From: Candidatus Tenebribacter davisii
GTDB taxonomy: Bacteria > Cloacimonadota > Cloacimonadia > Cloacimonadales > TCS61
Assembly: GCA_030765535.1 (NCBI GenBank)
Contig: JAVCCH010000130.1
Location: 12,391 to 76,390 of the forward strand
Direction: 5' to 3'
Length of the DNA: 64,000 nt
In this document: positions 36,946 through 48,242 of the stretch, piece after piece
How the letters are laid out: every line of letters starts with the position of its first letter
Numbering within the stretch: position 1 is the first letter of the stretch
Notes under the pieces: model-generated
The model's input: only the letters and a program-made list of their open reading frames with translations
Databases searched by the model: none
Told to the model about the DNA's origin: nothing
Translations under genes and position numbers: made by a program

Positions 36946-37982
36946 TAGCCTATTTTAATGGTTTTCCCATCGAATATTTCAACTCTGTTCTTACCTCTTT
37001 TTTTTCCTCGGTAAAGAGCAGTATCAGCTTCTTTGATGCAGGAATCGATATCTTTGGTGATGGAATATTCACTAACACCGAACGTAATTGTGATGGGCAT
37101 GCTTTTGCTATTGTAGTTAAACACTTTATCCTCAATTATTTTTCTAACTTTTTCAGCAGCGATTTTTGCACCGCTCGAATTAGTTTCAGGGAGTAAGAGT
37201 AAAAATTCTTCACCGCCCCATCTACTCACAATATCCTGTTTTCTTAAAATTGAAATAATGACTTTTGAGAGTTCTTTTAAAACATAATCACCACAATCAT
37301 GACCAAAATTATCGTTTATTGATTTGAAATCATCTATATCACCCATAACAAGACTGAAATGTCTTTTATTTCTTTCAAATCTGATTATCTCATAATTTAT
37401 CTTTTCAATAATATCACGTCGATTGGAAAGAGATGTAAGAGGATCTTTTCGCGAAATCTCTTCTAATTGAATGTTTGCTTTCTCGAGTTTATTACGTTCC
37501 CGGTTTTTAACTCTATATCGGATAAAAGCTATCAAAGCGATATTGAGAATTAAAATAAAACCTATCATAAATCCATTTCTAATAATTATTTGGTTAGATA
37601 TCTGCTTTTTGTCTTTTAATAATGTGGCATTCATCATTTTTTTTTCAAGTGAAATATATTTTTGTATTGTCCAGGCAAAATTATCAATATCGGAACTGAT
37701 TTGATAAAGCTCGGATTCTAATAATAGAATTTTTAATAATAGTTCATCATTTTTATTGATTTTAGCTATTTCCTCTGCTTTGAGGCAATAATCAATTTTT
37801 TCTGAAAGAAGTAAGGTGTCAGATAGAGCAGCAATCTCATAAAGCATTTCTGCTTCCTTAACATTTTTATTGATATTATTATTATACTGCTTAGAATCAT
37901 CTAAAGAAAAGAGAAGGGTAAATGAAATAATAAAAAGAATAATAAAAAGAATTTTATGTAAATTGATTTTTTTTATTATCAA
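36945..37982 (-). CDS. Diguanylate cyclase (GGDEF) with extracytoplasmic helical region and TM anchor
   Basis: RKQDIVSRWGGEEF carries an RxxD I-site and the GGEEF active site. The TTG start directly abuts the upstream TAA. Confidence 0.8.
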   Translation of the reverse strand: MIIKKINLHKILFIILFIISFTLLFSLDDSKQYNNNINKNVKEAEMLYEIAALSDTLLLSEKIDYCLKAEEIAKINKNDELLLKILLLESELYQISSDIDNFAWTIQKYISLEKKMMNATLLKDKKQISNQIIIRNGFMIGFILILNIALIAFIRYRVKNRERNKLEKANIQLEEISRKDPLTSLSNRRDIIEKINYEIIRFERNKRHFSLVMGDIDDFKSINDNFGHDCGDYVLKELSKVIISILRKQDIVSRWGGEEFLLLLPETNSSGAKIAAEKVRKIIEDKVFNYNSKSMPITITFGVSEYSITKDIDSCIKEADTALYRGKKRGKNRVEIFDGKTIKIG

Positions 37983-39689
37983 TTATAAAGTTCCTGTAGT
38001 TCTATCAAATCTAATGATGTCAGGTTTATCTTTGATTTTAGTCATTATCACACAATTCTTGCCTTGTTTCTTGCCAGTGTATAATGCCTCATCAGCCATC
38101 TTTATACATTGATCTATATTCATTGGTCTATCGTAAACACTTACTCCAAATGTCATGGTTAATTTCAAGGTGATATCATTAAATACATAAGAGGTAGATT
38201 CAATGTCCTCACGGATCTTATCTGCAAGTCTAAATCCACCCTCAATATCTGTTTCGGGAAGCAGCATAAGAAATTCTTCTCCGCCCCAGCGTCCGGTAAG
38301 GTCTTGTTTACGAGTTGTGGATTTCATCTGTTTTGCCAGAGATTCCAGAATAAAGTCACCACAATCATGACCATTATCATCATTGATTTTCTTAAAGTCA
38401 TCAATGTCAGACATTAGTAAAACAAATGATTTACCATTTCTGCCAAAACGTTTTTGTTCATGTTCTAATTTCTCGATCATATCTCTACGGTTTGAAAGAT
38501 CTGTTAGAGGATCAGTCTTAGCTATTTGCTCAAGTTGAGCATAGGCGATATCTAAATTTTTCTTTGATTTATTACTGGAAATGAACATGTAAATACTCAC
38601 AACTGCAAAGATTAAAATTAAGACGATAATAAATAACAGGACTTTTTGAGTGAATGTCTGTGAATTTATTTGTAGTTCCTGTTTACTGAGTTCCAGATCT
38701 CTAATTTCTTTATCCTTTTGATAAGAATCGATCTCCTTTTGAATATTATCTCTTTGATAACTTGTGATTTTAAGCTGAGTTTCTTTTAGTATTTTTTCTC
38801 TATTTAAAGTCTCGATTTGCTGCACTCTTTGCTTTGCTTCATATTCTTTTTGCTTTTGTTCCTGCTGCATTACTAATTGCAGCAATTCAAGATCACCGAT
38901 CTCTTTTTCTTTTTGTAAAAGCTCTATTTTTCTTTTTCTTTTCTCATCTTCATAACGAATTTGCATATCAATTATTTTTTGAGAACCTTCTTCATATGCG
39001 ATAGAATCTTTCATTGTAGAAAAAAGCTTATAATACTCAAGAGCTTTTTCATCATCTCCTCTTGAAGCGTAAAAATCAGATATCTGAATATATTCATCGC
39101 GCATTAATAGGTGTACATTCTTCTTTTCAAATTTTAATGCTCGAATGAAATAATCTGAAGCCTTTTTATATCGACCAGCTTTTTTATATTCAAGTCCAAT
39201 TCTATTCAAGGCCAAAGCTACTTCACTGCGATTATTCATTATCTCATTTATTTTGAGTGCTTTATTATAATATTCTATTGACTTGGTGTGATTTTTACTA
39301 CTGCTATAAACATCAGCTGTTCTATAAATATCATTAAGTATTAAGTTTACATCACCTATTTGTTCACTTTTTTCTAATGCCTTTTCTAAAAATGAAATGG
39401 AACTTGGATAATCTTTTAAGAGAGCATATGAATTAGCAATATTATTGTAAGCGTCATGTTCGTGGATGCTGTCTTTGAATTTTATTGAAAGAGCTACAGC
39501 TTCTTTTGCATATATAATAGATTGCTCAGGAGAAACAAACGGATATTCTTTCGATAGTGAATTAAGTACTTTTATCTTTTCTTCGGCTACAACAACTTTC
39601 AATTTTGTTTCTAAGCTATCAATTATGGAAGTTGATAAGAGGGGAGTGATCAAAATACAAAATAATACTACTGCTATAACATATTTCAT
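37983..39689 (-). CDS. Diguanylate cyclase (GGDEF) with signal peptide, TPR repeats, long coiled coil and TM anchor
   Basis: RKQDLTGRWGGEEF, N-terminal TPR-like repeats and a QKE-rich coiled coil before the TM helix. Confidence 0.8.
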   Translation of the reverse strand: MKYVIAVVLFCILITPLLSTSIIDSLETKLKVVVAEEKIKVLNSLSKEYPFVSPEQSIIYAKEAVALSIKFKDSIHEHDAYNNIANSYALLKDYPSSISFLEKALEKSEQIGDVNLILNDIYRTADVYSSSKNHTKSIEYYNKALKINEIMNNRSEVALALNRIGLEYKKAGRYKKASDYFIRALKFEKKNVHLLMRDEYIQISDFYASRGDDEKALEYYKLFSTMKDSIAYEEGSQKIIDMQIRYEDEKRKRKIELLQKEKEIGDLELLQLVMQQEQKQKEYEAKQRVQQIETLNREKILKETQLKITSYQRDNIQKEIDSYQKDKEIRDLELSKQELQINSQTFTQKVLLFIIVLILIFAVVSIYMFISSNKSKKNLDIAYAQLEQIAKTDPLTDLSNRRDMIEKLEHEQKRFGRNGKSFVLLMSDIDDFKKINDDNGHDCGDFILESLAKQMKSTTRKQDLTGRWGGEEFLMLLPETDIEGGFRLADKIREDIESTSYVFNDITLKLTMTFGVSVYDRPMNIDQCIKMADEALYTGKKQGKNCVIMTKIKDKPDIIRFDRTTGTL

Positions 39690-39723
39690 AAATTCCCCTG
39701 TTCCCTGATTTCAATGGCTAACA

Positions 39724-40857
39724 TCATCTATTTAATAACTTTATATATTTTTTAAAAATGTGTAATCCTTTGGCAAGCTTTTTTTTATTAATACCATAAT
39801 TAAGCCTGATCCAGTGTTTACCATTTGAGCCGAAACTAAGTCCCGGAATTATTATCAATCCATTCTTTACCAATGTGTTTACCAAATTCATTACTTCAAC
39901 ATTAACCTTGATAAAAAGGTATGGGGAAGATGTGTTTTCTAAGATGTGGATCTCAGTTTGAAGAGGTTTAAGTTGTTGAATCACATATTCCCTATTTTTA
40001 GTAAGTTCCTCTCTTATCCTGTTTTGTGCTTCCATTCCTTTTTCTGAAAGTGCTATTATTGCCGCTTTCTGAGATATAAAGGGAGCACACGTACAAATAT
40101 ATTGATGTGAAGTAATTATCGGTTTTATTAAATAAGGATCATTCGACATTGCCCAGCCTATTCTCCAACCACTCATACTATGAGATTTGGAAATTCCTGA
40201 AATTACAATTATTTTCCCCTGATAATTTAATAATGAGCTTGGTCTGCTCCTGATATACAGTTCACGATAAATTTCATCGACTATAATAAGAACATTATGC
40301 TCTTCACATTTGGAGATCATGAAATCTACTTCTTTCTCAGAAAAACATCTTCCGGTAGGATTGGATGGATTATTAAGCAGAAGTATTTTTGTTTTAGAAC
40401 TGATTTTATTTTCAAAATCAATATAATCCAGTGCAAAATCAGAATTCGGATTAAGATTGAATTCTACAGTTATCCCATCCAGCATTTCAATGATCGTTTT
40501 ATAGGCAAGGTAGGTTGGATTAGCGATCAATACTTCATCACCCTTATTTATATAACTGAATAATGAGGCAAAAATTGCTTCTTCTGCACCGGAAGTTACA
40601 CATACATTCCCATTTAATGGAATTTCATAATAATTTGCGATAGCTATTTGTAATTCAATTAACCCGGCATTTGGTGTATAGAGTATGTTTTTATGTTTAA
40701 TAATATCTATGGCAAAGTCAGTTATTATATCAGGTGTTTGAAATTGAATCTCGCCTAAACCAAGATTAATAGCCTCCTTTGGCGCTTTATCAAATAGTTG
40801 CCTTAAGGTTGAAATCTCGATATTGCTGATCCTGTCTGAATATTTTATTTGTTTCAT
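39724..40857 (-). CDS. PLP-dependent aminotransferase class I/II (possibly the DAP-pathway aminotransferase)
   Basis: [13 protein letters not shown] provides the PLP-lysine context. It overlaps dapD by 4 nt. Confidence 0.8.
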   Translation of the reverse strand: MKQIKYSDRISNIEISTLRQLFDKAPKEAINLGLGEIQFQTPDIITDFAIDIIKHKNILYTPNAGLIELQIAIANYYEIPLNGNVCVTSGAEEAIFASLFSYINKGDEVLIANPTYLAYKTIIEMLDGITVEFNLNPNSDFALDYIDFENKISSKTKILLLNNPSNPTGRCFSEKEVDFMISKCEEHNVLIIVDEIYRELYIRSRPSSLLNYQGKIIVISGISKSHSMSGWRIGWAMSNDPYLIKPIITSHQYICTCAPFISQKAAIIALSEKGMEAQNRIREELTKNREYVIQQLKPLQTEIHILENTSSPYLFIKVNVEVMNLVNTLVKNGLIIIPGLSFGSNGKHWIRLNYGINKKKLAKGLHIFKKYIKLLNR

Positions 40858-41651
40858 CGCAGAGCATCTTCCAGTACAACGGATCTGTCACTTTTTTCAT
40901 CTCTATATTTTATTATGATCGGGCAGTAAATTGAAAAATCATCATTATTCTTAATTTTTCTTGTACCCGGAACTACCACAGCTCCCCGTGGAATACGTAA
41001 TGTGCCCTCTTCGTCTTTTTTGAGGAACTGGTTATGAACAACATCGAATACAGGTGTACTATTTGTAATTATAACTCCGGCTGCAATAATAGTGTTCTCT
41101 TCTACTATTACTCCTTCGTAGATGCCGCAATTACCGCCGATAAATACGTTATCTTCGATGATAACAGGATTTGCACTTATTGGTTCTAATACACCGCCAA
41201 GTTGTGATGCAGCGCTAAGATGAACATTCCTACCTACTTGAGCGCAAGTACCCACAAGTGCATGCGAATCGATCATAGAGCCTTCATCTACAAATGCTCC
41301 AACATTTATATACATTGGCGGCATCATTATCACATTATCGCCAATATGAGCACCTTCCCGAATGGAAGAACCTCCTGGAACTAATCTAATATTTTTTCGC
41401 TTTGTTATATCTTGTATAGGGTATGTATCTTTATCGCAGTAATAACCTGAAGTAACTATTTTACCCATTTTAAAACCTAATAGAATTCCCTTTTTAACCC
41501 AGGCATTAGTTATCCATTTCCCTTTAATTTTTTCAGCAGCACGAATTTCACCGCTGTTCAGATAATCTCTGAATTTAAGAAATAACCTTTTGTCTTCCTC
41601 GCTAAATTGTGATTTATTATAAGTTTCAATAATTTGTTCTTTCAAGTTCAT
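40854..41651 (-). CDS. dapD: Tetrahydrodipicolinate N-succinyltransferase
   Basis: The N-terminal [27 protein letters not shown] resembles DapD, and the C-terminal half consists of hexapeptide repeats. Confidence 0.8.
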   Translation of the reverse strand: MNLKEQIIETYNKSQFSEEDKRLFLKFRDYLNSGEIRAAEKIKGKWITNAWVKKGILLGFKMGKIVTSGYYCDKDTYPIQDITKRKNIRLVPGGSSIREGAHIGDNVIMMPPMYINVGAFVDEGSMIDSHALVGTCAQVGRNVHLSAASQLGGVLEPISANPVIIEDNVFIGGNCGIYEGVIVEENTIIAAGVIITNSTPVFDVVHNQFLKKDEEGTLRIPRGAVVVPGTRKIKNNDDFSIYCPIIIKYRDEKSDRSVVLEDALR

Positions 41652-41705
41652 ACTTACTCCTTCATTTCTTTACTGGATCATGATGTTTGTTTAAGAAAAT
41701 TATAA

Positions 41706-44528
41706 TTATAGAATTCCCTTAAGGTATTGTCCTGTGTAGGACTTTTTATGCTGAACGATCTCCTCTGGGGTACCAGTCGCAACAATTTTTCCACCTTCAT
41801 CTCCACCTTCCGGCCCAAGGTCAATAATATGATCAGCACATTTTATTACATCGAGATTATGTTCAATTACAACAACAGTATTTCCCATTAAAACTAATTT
41901 GTGAAGAACTTTTAATAATTTTTTTATATCATCGAAATGTAATCCGGTTGTCGGCTCATCTAAAATATAAAGGGTTTTACCAGTACTTGTTTTGCTGAGT
42001 TCTCTTGAAAGCTTTATTCTTTGCGCTTCTCCACCGGAAAGAGTTGTAGATGCCTGACCTAATTTTATATATTCAAGTCCGACCTCTTTGAGTGTTTGTA
42101 AGATCTTATATATTTTAGGTATTTTATCAAAAATTTTTAATGCTTCCTGAACATCCATTTCCAGAACTTCAGCAATGTTATATCCCTTATATTTCACAGC
42201 CAGGGTTTCTTTATTATACCGCGTTCCATTACAAACTTCACATTTCACAAAAATATCCGGCAGGAAATGCATCTCGATCTGTTTTACACCATTACCACCG
42301 CATGCTTCACATCTGCCGCCTTTTACGTTAAATGAAAATCTTCCAGGTTTATAACCTCGTAATTTTGCTGCTGGAGTCTGAGAAAATATATTTCTGATCG
42401 GATCAAATAATTTTGTATAAGTTGCGGGATTTGAGCGTGGTGTTCTACCAATTGGTTGTTGGTTTATATTCACGATTTTATCAAAATAATCATAACCTTC
42501 AATATGATCAAAATGGCCTAATTTGCGGGTAGAATTATTAAGTTCTTTTGCCATAGCAGGATATAATATCTGATTGATAAGAGAACTTTTACCTGATCCT
42601 GAAACTCCGGTTACGCAGGTGAAAGAGCCAACAGGGATTTCAACATCGATTTTTTTTAAGTTATTTTGGTAAGCACCGAATATTTTCAATTTCCGTTTAT
42701 CTAATTTTAATCTTTCTTCGGGTTTGGCTATACTTAATTTTCCGGAAAGATATTGTCCGGTCATTGATTTCTTTGATTTTAATAGCTGTTCAATATTTCC
42801 CTGGAAAATGATCTTGCCGCCATAAATTCCAGCTTTAGGTCCAATATCAATTATTTGATCTGCTGTTCTTATCATTTGCTCATCATGTTCCACTACGATC
42901 ACAGTATTCCCGATATCCCGTAAATGAATTAGCATCTTGATGAGGCGATTGTTATCGCGCTGATGCAGACCTATGGTTGGTTCATCAAGAATATACATAA
43001 CTCCCACAAGGCTGCTACCTATCTGGCTTGCCAATCTGATCCTTTGTGATTCTCCACCGGATAGCGTCGGTGCTTTCCTATCTAAAGTGAGATAATGCAG
43101 TCCTACATTTACCAGGAACGTAAGACGATTTTTAATTTCTTTTAACACTTCTTCAGCGATCAATTTATCGTTTCCGGTTAATTCCAGATTATCAAAAAAC
43201 TCAATTGTATGTAAAATTGACATTGAAGTAATTTCGTTAATTGCTTTATCAGCAACTTTTACGGCTAAGCTCTCTTTTCTAAGTTTTTTCCCATGACAAT
43301 CCAGACATTCTTTATTGCCGATATATTTCATATAGTATTTTCTCATGTATTCAGATTTTGTCTCATTCATCCTGCGTGTAAGAGATGGTATAATACCTTC
43401 AAATGATGACATGAATTCACCGGAACCGTTCTTTGAACTCCACTCAAATTTAATTTTCTGTCCACGAGAACCAAATAAAAGCAAGTCTTTTGCTGTTAGA
43501 GATAATTTTTCCCACGGATCATTCAATGAGAATCCGTATTCTTTGGAAATTGCTCTTAATTTTTTTAACTGCCAACTATCCTTTTTCTTATTGAGTTCTC
43601 CCCAATATTCAACCGCACCTGCCATAATGGAGAGTGATCTATCGGGAACAATGAGATCAGGATCAAATTCCATTTTAGTGCCAAGTCCATTACATGATCT
43701 GCACATTCCAATAGGACTGTTAAAAGAGAAATGCTGTGGTGAAAGTTCTGGATAACCAATACTACATTTAGAACATGAATTTGCTTCTGAAAGATTCTCG
43801 ATGCGCATTTCATCTACATATTCAACCTTGATAAAACCATTTGTCAATTTTAAAGCAGTTTCAACTGAATCGATCAATCTTGAGCGGATCTTCGGTTTAA
43901 GCACAAGACGGTCTACCACAATATCGATATTATGTTTACTCTTTTTATCCAGTATGATCTCTTCACTCAATTGCCGCATTAATCCATTGATCTTTACACG
44001 AACAAAACCTTCATTACGTGCTTCATCAAGTTCATCCTTATGCTCACCTTTTCTATTTTGAACTATAGGAGCCAGAATTTGTAATCGTGTTTTATCAGGA
44101 TTCTCTAAAATATGATCTACCAGCTGATCAACCGTTTGTGATCCTACCGGCTCACCACAAATATAGCAATATTGTTTGCCGATTCGAGCATAAAGGATTC
44201 GTAAATAATCATAAATTTCTGTAACTGTACCAACAGTAGAGCGGGGATTTTTACTGGTTGCTTTTTGTTCAATGGAGATTGCAGGAGATAATCCTTCTAT
44301 GTAATCAACTTTTGGTTTTTCCATCTGACCCAGGAACTGACGTGCATAAGCAGAGAGAGATTCTACATACCTGCGTTGTCCTTCCGCATAAAGTGTATCA
44401 AATGCCAGGGATGATTTCCCAGAGCCGGAGACACCTGTAATGATTACTAATTTATTTCTAGGTATTCGTATATCAATATTCTTGAGATTATGCTCGCGTG
44501 CTCCCTTGATGTAAATCTCGGTTTTCAT
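41706..44528 (-). CDS. uvrA: Excinuclease ABC subunit A
   Basis: Two ABC modules ([10 protein letters not shown] twice, LSGGESQRI and LSGGEAQRI) plus zinc fingers; 940 aa. Confidence 0.97.
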   Translation of the reverse strand: MKTEIYIKGAREHNLKNIDIRIPRNKLVIITGVSGSGKSSLAFDTLYAEGQRRYVESLSAYARQFLGQMEKPKVDYIEGLSPAISIEQKATSKNPRSTVGTVTEIYDYLRILYARIGKQYCYICGEPVGSQTVDQLVDHILENPDKTRLQILAPIVQNRKGEHKDELDEARNEGFVRVKINGLMRQLSEEIILDKKSKHNIDIVVDRLVLKPKIRSRLIDSVETALKLTNGFIKVEYVDEMRIENLSEANSCSKCSIGYPELSPQHFSFNSPIGMCRSCNGLGTKMEFDPDLIVPDRSLSIMAGAVEYWGELNKKKDSWQLKKLRAISKEYGFSLNDPWEKLSLTAKDLLLFGSRGQKIKFEWSSKNGSGEFMSSFEGIIPSLTRRMNETKSEYMRKYYMKYIGNKECLDCHGKKLRKESLAVKVADKAINEITSMSILHTIEFFDNLELTGNDKLIAEEVLKEIKNRLTFLVNVGLHYLTLDRKAPTLSGGESQRIRLASQIGSSLVGVMYILDEPTIGLHQRDNNRLIKMLIHLRDIGNTVIVVEHDEQMIRTADQIIDIGPKAGIYGGKIIFQGNIEQLLKSKKSMTGQYLSGKLSIAKPEERLKLDKRKLKIFGAYQNNLKKIDVEIPVGSFTCVTGVSGSGKSSLINQILYPAMAKELNNSTRKLGHFDHIEGYDYFDKIVNINQQPIGRTPRSNPATYTKLFDPIRNIFSQTPAAKLRGYKPGRFSFNVKGGRCEACGGNGVKQIEMHFLPDIFVKCEVCNGTRYNKETLAVKYKGYNIAEVLEMDVQEALKIFDKIPKIYKILQTLKEVGLEYIKLGQASTTLSGGEAQRIKLSRELSKTSTGKTLYILDEPTTGLHFDDIKKLLKVLHKLVLMGNTVVVIEHNLDVIKCADHIIDLGPEGGDEGGKIVATGTPEEIVQHKKSYTGQYLKGIL

Positions 44529-44549
44529 TTATATATCCAAAACATTAAA

Positions 44550-47135
44550 TTATTGCAGTTCCTTTAATTTTAAAATATAGAAATCAATTTCGGTTGAATC
44601 CTGATAATCTCTGATCTTATTCAATAATTGAATTCCATTTTCAGGTTTATTGGTATAAATAGCTGACTGATAGATCAGTTGAATCGTATTCTTATCGTCT
44701 CTATCGTAATAAACAGCTCTTTCTAAATATTCAAAACCCTTCACAACCTCTTCTGTATTAAAATAATAAAATGAAGCTTCTGCATATATCTGCGAGAGAC
44801 CCTTATAGAATCTACTTTTCTGTTCAATAAAATCTATTGCTTTTTCCATATATTTAATAGCGTTATCATAATCATTTTTTTTATGTGCATAGCGCGAAGT
44901 TCTCATAAAGGCAGCACCATAGTTATTTAGAAGCCTTTTCATATTAGCATCTTTGTAGATCGTATCATCCATGATACCACGGTAGGAATAGACAGAATCA
45001 ATATTTGTGATCAGTCTTTCCATATCAAATTGATCTTTACTTTTAGTTGGGACTAGTTTGCTTACCATCCCTTCATTGCTTAAGTTATCATTAAAACCAA
45101 TTGGGTCTGGTGTTGTTACTGCAAAATAAATTGGACGTTTACCGTAATTATCTTTAATGATCTGTATTACTGCCAGATCTTTAACATATAGAATTTCATC
45201 TTTATTTATTGTAACTATGAATTCATCAGATGGGTTAGTTCCTGAAATTCTTAAATGAGTATCTTTATATACTTTTCTAGGATAAAGTGCTGATTGGGGA
45301 TCATCCTGGCAAAGGTCTATATGCCATTCCGGAATATTGAATTCAACACCTTCATGATCTCTTAATTGTTTTATGTACCAGGGAGTATTAAGCAAACTTA
45401 AATTCGCAATTGTTATATCTTTCCTGATCCCTTTGCATTGCTCATTCTTGAATTTCATAGCTTCAGCAATCAGTTTTTTTGTTTTCTTTGTAGGAGCTAT
45501 AGTTTGTTCATATAATTTACCATTTATATCTTTAACTGTTTTACTGGTAGGTGGAATATATTCTTTTGCTGCTGGATCAAAAACAGCTTGAGCATACCAG
45601 ACAGGGAAAGTATCATTATCTCCGTTAGTAAATATAATTGCATTTTCCTCAACGCTGTTTAAGATGTTCTGTCCATAATCTAAGGCAACATATTCCCGTG
45701 AACGGTCATGTATAAAATACTGTGAAGCAAGGTTGATAATGGGAAGTGCTAAGACAATGATAAGTAATAACACTTTTAGTATCTTATTTTTTCTCCTAGC
45801 AAGATCGATCAAGGCGATTGATCCGATAGCCATCCATACGGTCCAGTAATTATAAGCAGTTGTGAAGAAATAATCTCTTTCTCTTACTTCTGAATCAGAT
45901 AGATTGATAACAAATACCATAGCGATAGATGTCATGAGCATAAAAGAGAAAAAGTAAGCGAATGAATGTTTATTCTTTTTAAAATGATAATAAGCACCGC
46001 CAAAACCAAGGAAAGTGACTATTAAGTTTGAAAGGAGCTTGATAAAGGTTTGTGGAGTGTGCAGCCAGCTGGAAATTATCTCAGCATTAAAGAATTGCCA
46101 GCTGAAGTATTTCAGGAATTGCTCCTTCATTTGGAAGAAGAAAGAAGCACGGCGTACGAACATACTGGTTACACCATATTGTCTTCTTAAAATATAATCA
46201 GTAAATAATTTGATAGTATGCGGGTAGCCTTCATTAATGAATGGCCTGTGAGATGCCCTGATATAAAGGAACAGGTGAGTTGAAAGCGCAATACCGATAA
46301 AGATAATCGCGAATAGCCAGGTCTTCTTTGATACTTTTTCTCTTAAGTGATAGATAAGAATACCCAGAGTTCCTGCCATGAACATAAATTTGGGTAGGTC
46401 CGGTACATGAACAATTTTTCCGATGTAGACAAAGATCAAATAGATAACAATTAAACCAAAGAAGTAAACAATTGTACGTTTCCAGAAAGATGCAGCTTTA
46501 ATCGAATCTTTCAACATGGGATAAACAGCAATGAATAATACTGCAGGTGCGATCTGCAGTGAAGTTTGATGTATACCGAACCCTAAGAAGAAGATATAAA
46601 CTATTAACAGTAATATATTCTGATGGGATAGATCTTTTGATCGCTCCACCCAGATCATTGTGAGCCAGACGATAAGGTTAAGTACGAAGGCCAGACCGGA
46701 ATAGACCTCTGCTTCTATTGCATTATTCCAGAAAGTAAAAGAGAACGCTGTATATATCGCTGCTATTGCTCCACCAAGATAGGCAAAATAAGCATCTTTC
46801 GGCTTGATCCACATGGTAATGAACTTGACTGTAAAAAAGTAAGTGAACATAACTGCAAAAGCAGAAAATATGCCGGATAGAAAATTAATTACAACAGCGT
46901 GAGGAATATTAGCTCCAAAAATGGAGAAGAATCTTCCCAGTAGAATATAAAATGGATTACCAGGAGGGTGGGGAACACCTAATATACTACTGCATGTTAT
47001 ATATTCTCCAGCATCCCAGAAAGAGAGTGTACGTGCCATTGTGAGATAATATATCAGAAGTGTGAAGGCGAGGATAAGCAAACCAATAATTAGATTATAT
47101 CGTTTATTTATAACTGGTTGAGGCTTTAAATTCAT
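44550..47135 (-). CDS. DUF2723-family polytopic membrane protein (putative glycosyltransferase, PMT/TMEM260-like) with C-terminal TPR region
   Basis: Contains the SFWDAGEYITCSSILGVPHPPGNPFY motif, many TM helices and a C-terminal TPR-like region. I prefer ATG 47135, 6 nt after GGAG. Confidence 0.7.
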   Translation of the reverse strand: MNLKPQPVINKRYNLIIGLLILAFTLLIYYLTMARTLSFWDAGEYITCSSILGVPHPPGNPFYILLGRFFSIFGANIPHAVVINFLSGIFSAFAVMFTYFFTVKFITMWIKPKDAYFAYLGGAIAAIYTAFSFTFWNNAIEAEVYSGLAFVLNLIVWLTMIWVERSKDLSHQNILLLIVYIFFLGFGIHQTSLQIAPAVLFIAVYPMLKDSIKAASFWKRTIVYFFGLIVIYLIFVYIGKIVHVPDLPKFMFMAGTLGILIYHLREKVSKKTWLFAIIFIGIALSTHLFLYIRASHRPFINEGYPHTIKLFTDYILRRQYGVTSMFVRRASFFFQMKEQFLKYFSWQFFNAEIISSWLHTPQTFIKLLSNLIVTFLGFGGAYYHFKKNKHSFAYFFSFMLMTSIAMVFVINLSDSEVRERDYFFTTAYNYWTVWMAIGSIALIDLARRKNKILKVLLLIIVLALPIINLASQYFIHDRSREYVALDYGQNILNSVEENAIIFTNGDNDTFPVWYAQAVFDPAAKEYIPPTSKTVKDINGKLYEQTIAPTKKTKKLIAEAMKFKNEQCKGIRKDITIANLSLLNTPWYIKQLRDHEGVEFNIPEWHIDLCQDDPQSALYPRKVYKDTHLRISGTNPSDEFIVTINKDEILYVKDLAVIQIIKDNYGKRPIYFAVTTPDPIGFNDNLSNEGMVSKLVPTKSKDQFDMERLITNIDSVYSYRGIMDDTIYKDANMKRLLNNYGAAFMRTSRYAHKKNDYDNAIKYMEKAIDFIEQKSRFYKGLSQIYAEASFYYFNTEEVVKGFEYLERAVYYDRDDKNTIQLIYQSAIYTNKPENGIQLLNKIRDYQDSTEIDFYILKLKELQ

Positions 47136-47187
47136 GTATAACTCCATCAAAATTAATTTTTAGAAAAGTTGTTTTAGCCATTAATCC

Positions 47188-47193
47188 CGTCAA
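47188..47193 (-). promoter_or_regulatory. TTGACG box, 58 bp upstream of ATG 47135
   Basis: Member of the recurring TTGAC-box set. It heads a long co-directional gene run ending at the terminator at 36912. Confidence 0.3.
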
Positions 47194-47387
47194 GGATTTT
47201 TATATATGTTATTAATTACTTTATACCTTTAATAATTTTCTCTATACTTTATCCAAAACTTGTTACATATTCAATACACTTTTAACCTAAATTTACATAC
47301 TTAATGTTCCACGTTTGAGACGGAATCAGAATTATTCCAATTCATAATTCACAATTTACAATTTATAATTCATTTAATTTCTTTTTT

Positions 47388-48086
47388 TTAAAAATTAAAT
47401 GATAAACCTGTATGTAAACCCAAACCGCCCAAATTTGTTTTTTCGTTAATTTTCACACTTTCACTATTCGTATATTTTAATTCAGATGGAATAAAACTAT
47501 ATTCAGTGCCTGTTTTTAAAGCAATAAATTTATAGAGTTTAATTTTAATTCCTGTTTCAAAATAAAACCCAAGTGCTAAATCATTTGCCTCTAAATCAGA
47601 AGGGTTTGTACTTTCTGATGATGATGTCATCATTAGATCATAATTTGGAACAAAGTTTAACCCACATCCATAAAATAAATTATAAGCAGATGAAGACTGC
47701 ATTCTACCTGATATTCCTAATGTAAAATTCACTATTGATGCTTCATTTTCATAATTGGAATAAGTTGTATCAGTATTCTTTATATATAATTCATTATCCA
47801 TAATTAATGGATAAAAACCTAAGGAAATACCTAAATTACTTTTAAAATAATATGTTAAATTAAGTGCAGGAGCTATCGAAGTTCCATATCCACTTATTCC
47901 TCCATAACTTGTATAATCGTCACCGATAAGAACTTGCGTTGCACTATTGGTAGCTTTCATGTGAGTGGACGATGGTGACCAAAAGTTAATTGATGCATCT
48001 ATCTCAAAATGTTTAAAGTTTTCAGTTTGAGCGTGCACACATGCAATTGTTAATAGAATTGCAATAATTGTAAGTTTTGTTTTCAT
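47388..48086 (-). CDS. Outer-membrane beta-barrel protein (OmpW/porin-like, family unassigned)
   Basis: Signal peptide (CVHAQ), alternating beta pattern and the C-terminal GLSFNF with a terminal Phe. AAGGAGAG ribosome-binding site. Confidence 0.5.
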   Translation of the reverse strand: MKTKLTIIAILLTIACVHAQTENFKHFEIDASINFWSPSSTHMKATNSATQVLIGDDYTSYGGISGYGTSIAPALNLTYYFKSNLGISLGFYPLIMDNELYIKNTDTTYSNYENEASIVNFTLGISGRMQSSSAYNLFYGCGLNFVPNYDLMMTSSSESTNPSDLEANDLALGFYFETGIKIKLYKFIALKTGTEYSFIPSELKYTNSESVKINEKTNLGGLGLHTGLSFNF

Positions 48087-48242
48087 TTTATTCTCTCCTT
48101 ATTTTAAAGTTCTAATATTTTGTGTTCCAGCATATTACTACCAATGGATTGGCACTGCCACATTACCGCAGTGGAGTGCTATGTTATATGAATTTTTTTA
48201 AAATTTCAATTAAATACAAAATAATATTATTCTTTTTTTTAT

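Noticed and set aside
36942-37196. An 84-aa plus-strand ORF overlapping the 3' end of the GGDEF gene and the terminator.
   Set aside because: It starts inside the terminator hairpin and is antisense to a GGDEF domain with clear motifs.
43345-44061. Plus-strand ORFs (136, 86 aa) and minus-strand out-of-frame ORFs inside uvrA.
   Set aside because: Nested in uvrA, with no independent support.
47176-47205. A plus-strand hairpin, AATCC-cgtcaa-GGATT, followed by a T-run, which resembles a terminator.
   Set aside because: No plus-strand transcript is expected here. The stem is only 5 bp and overlaps the minus-strand TTGACG box, which is the more likely functional reading.
47338-47380. Short AT-only direct repeats (ATAATTCA twice, ACAATTT twice in tandem) downstream of the OMP gene.
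   Set aside because: This is low-complexity AT-rich sequence. Repeats this short are expected by chance here, and no hairpin or flanking structure suggests a function.
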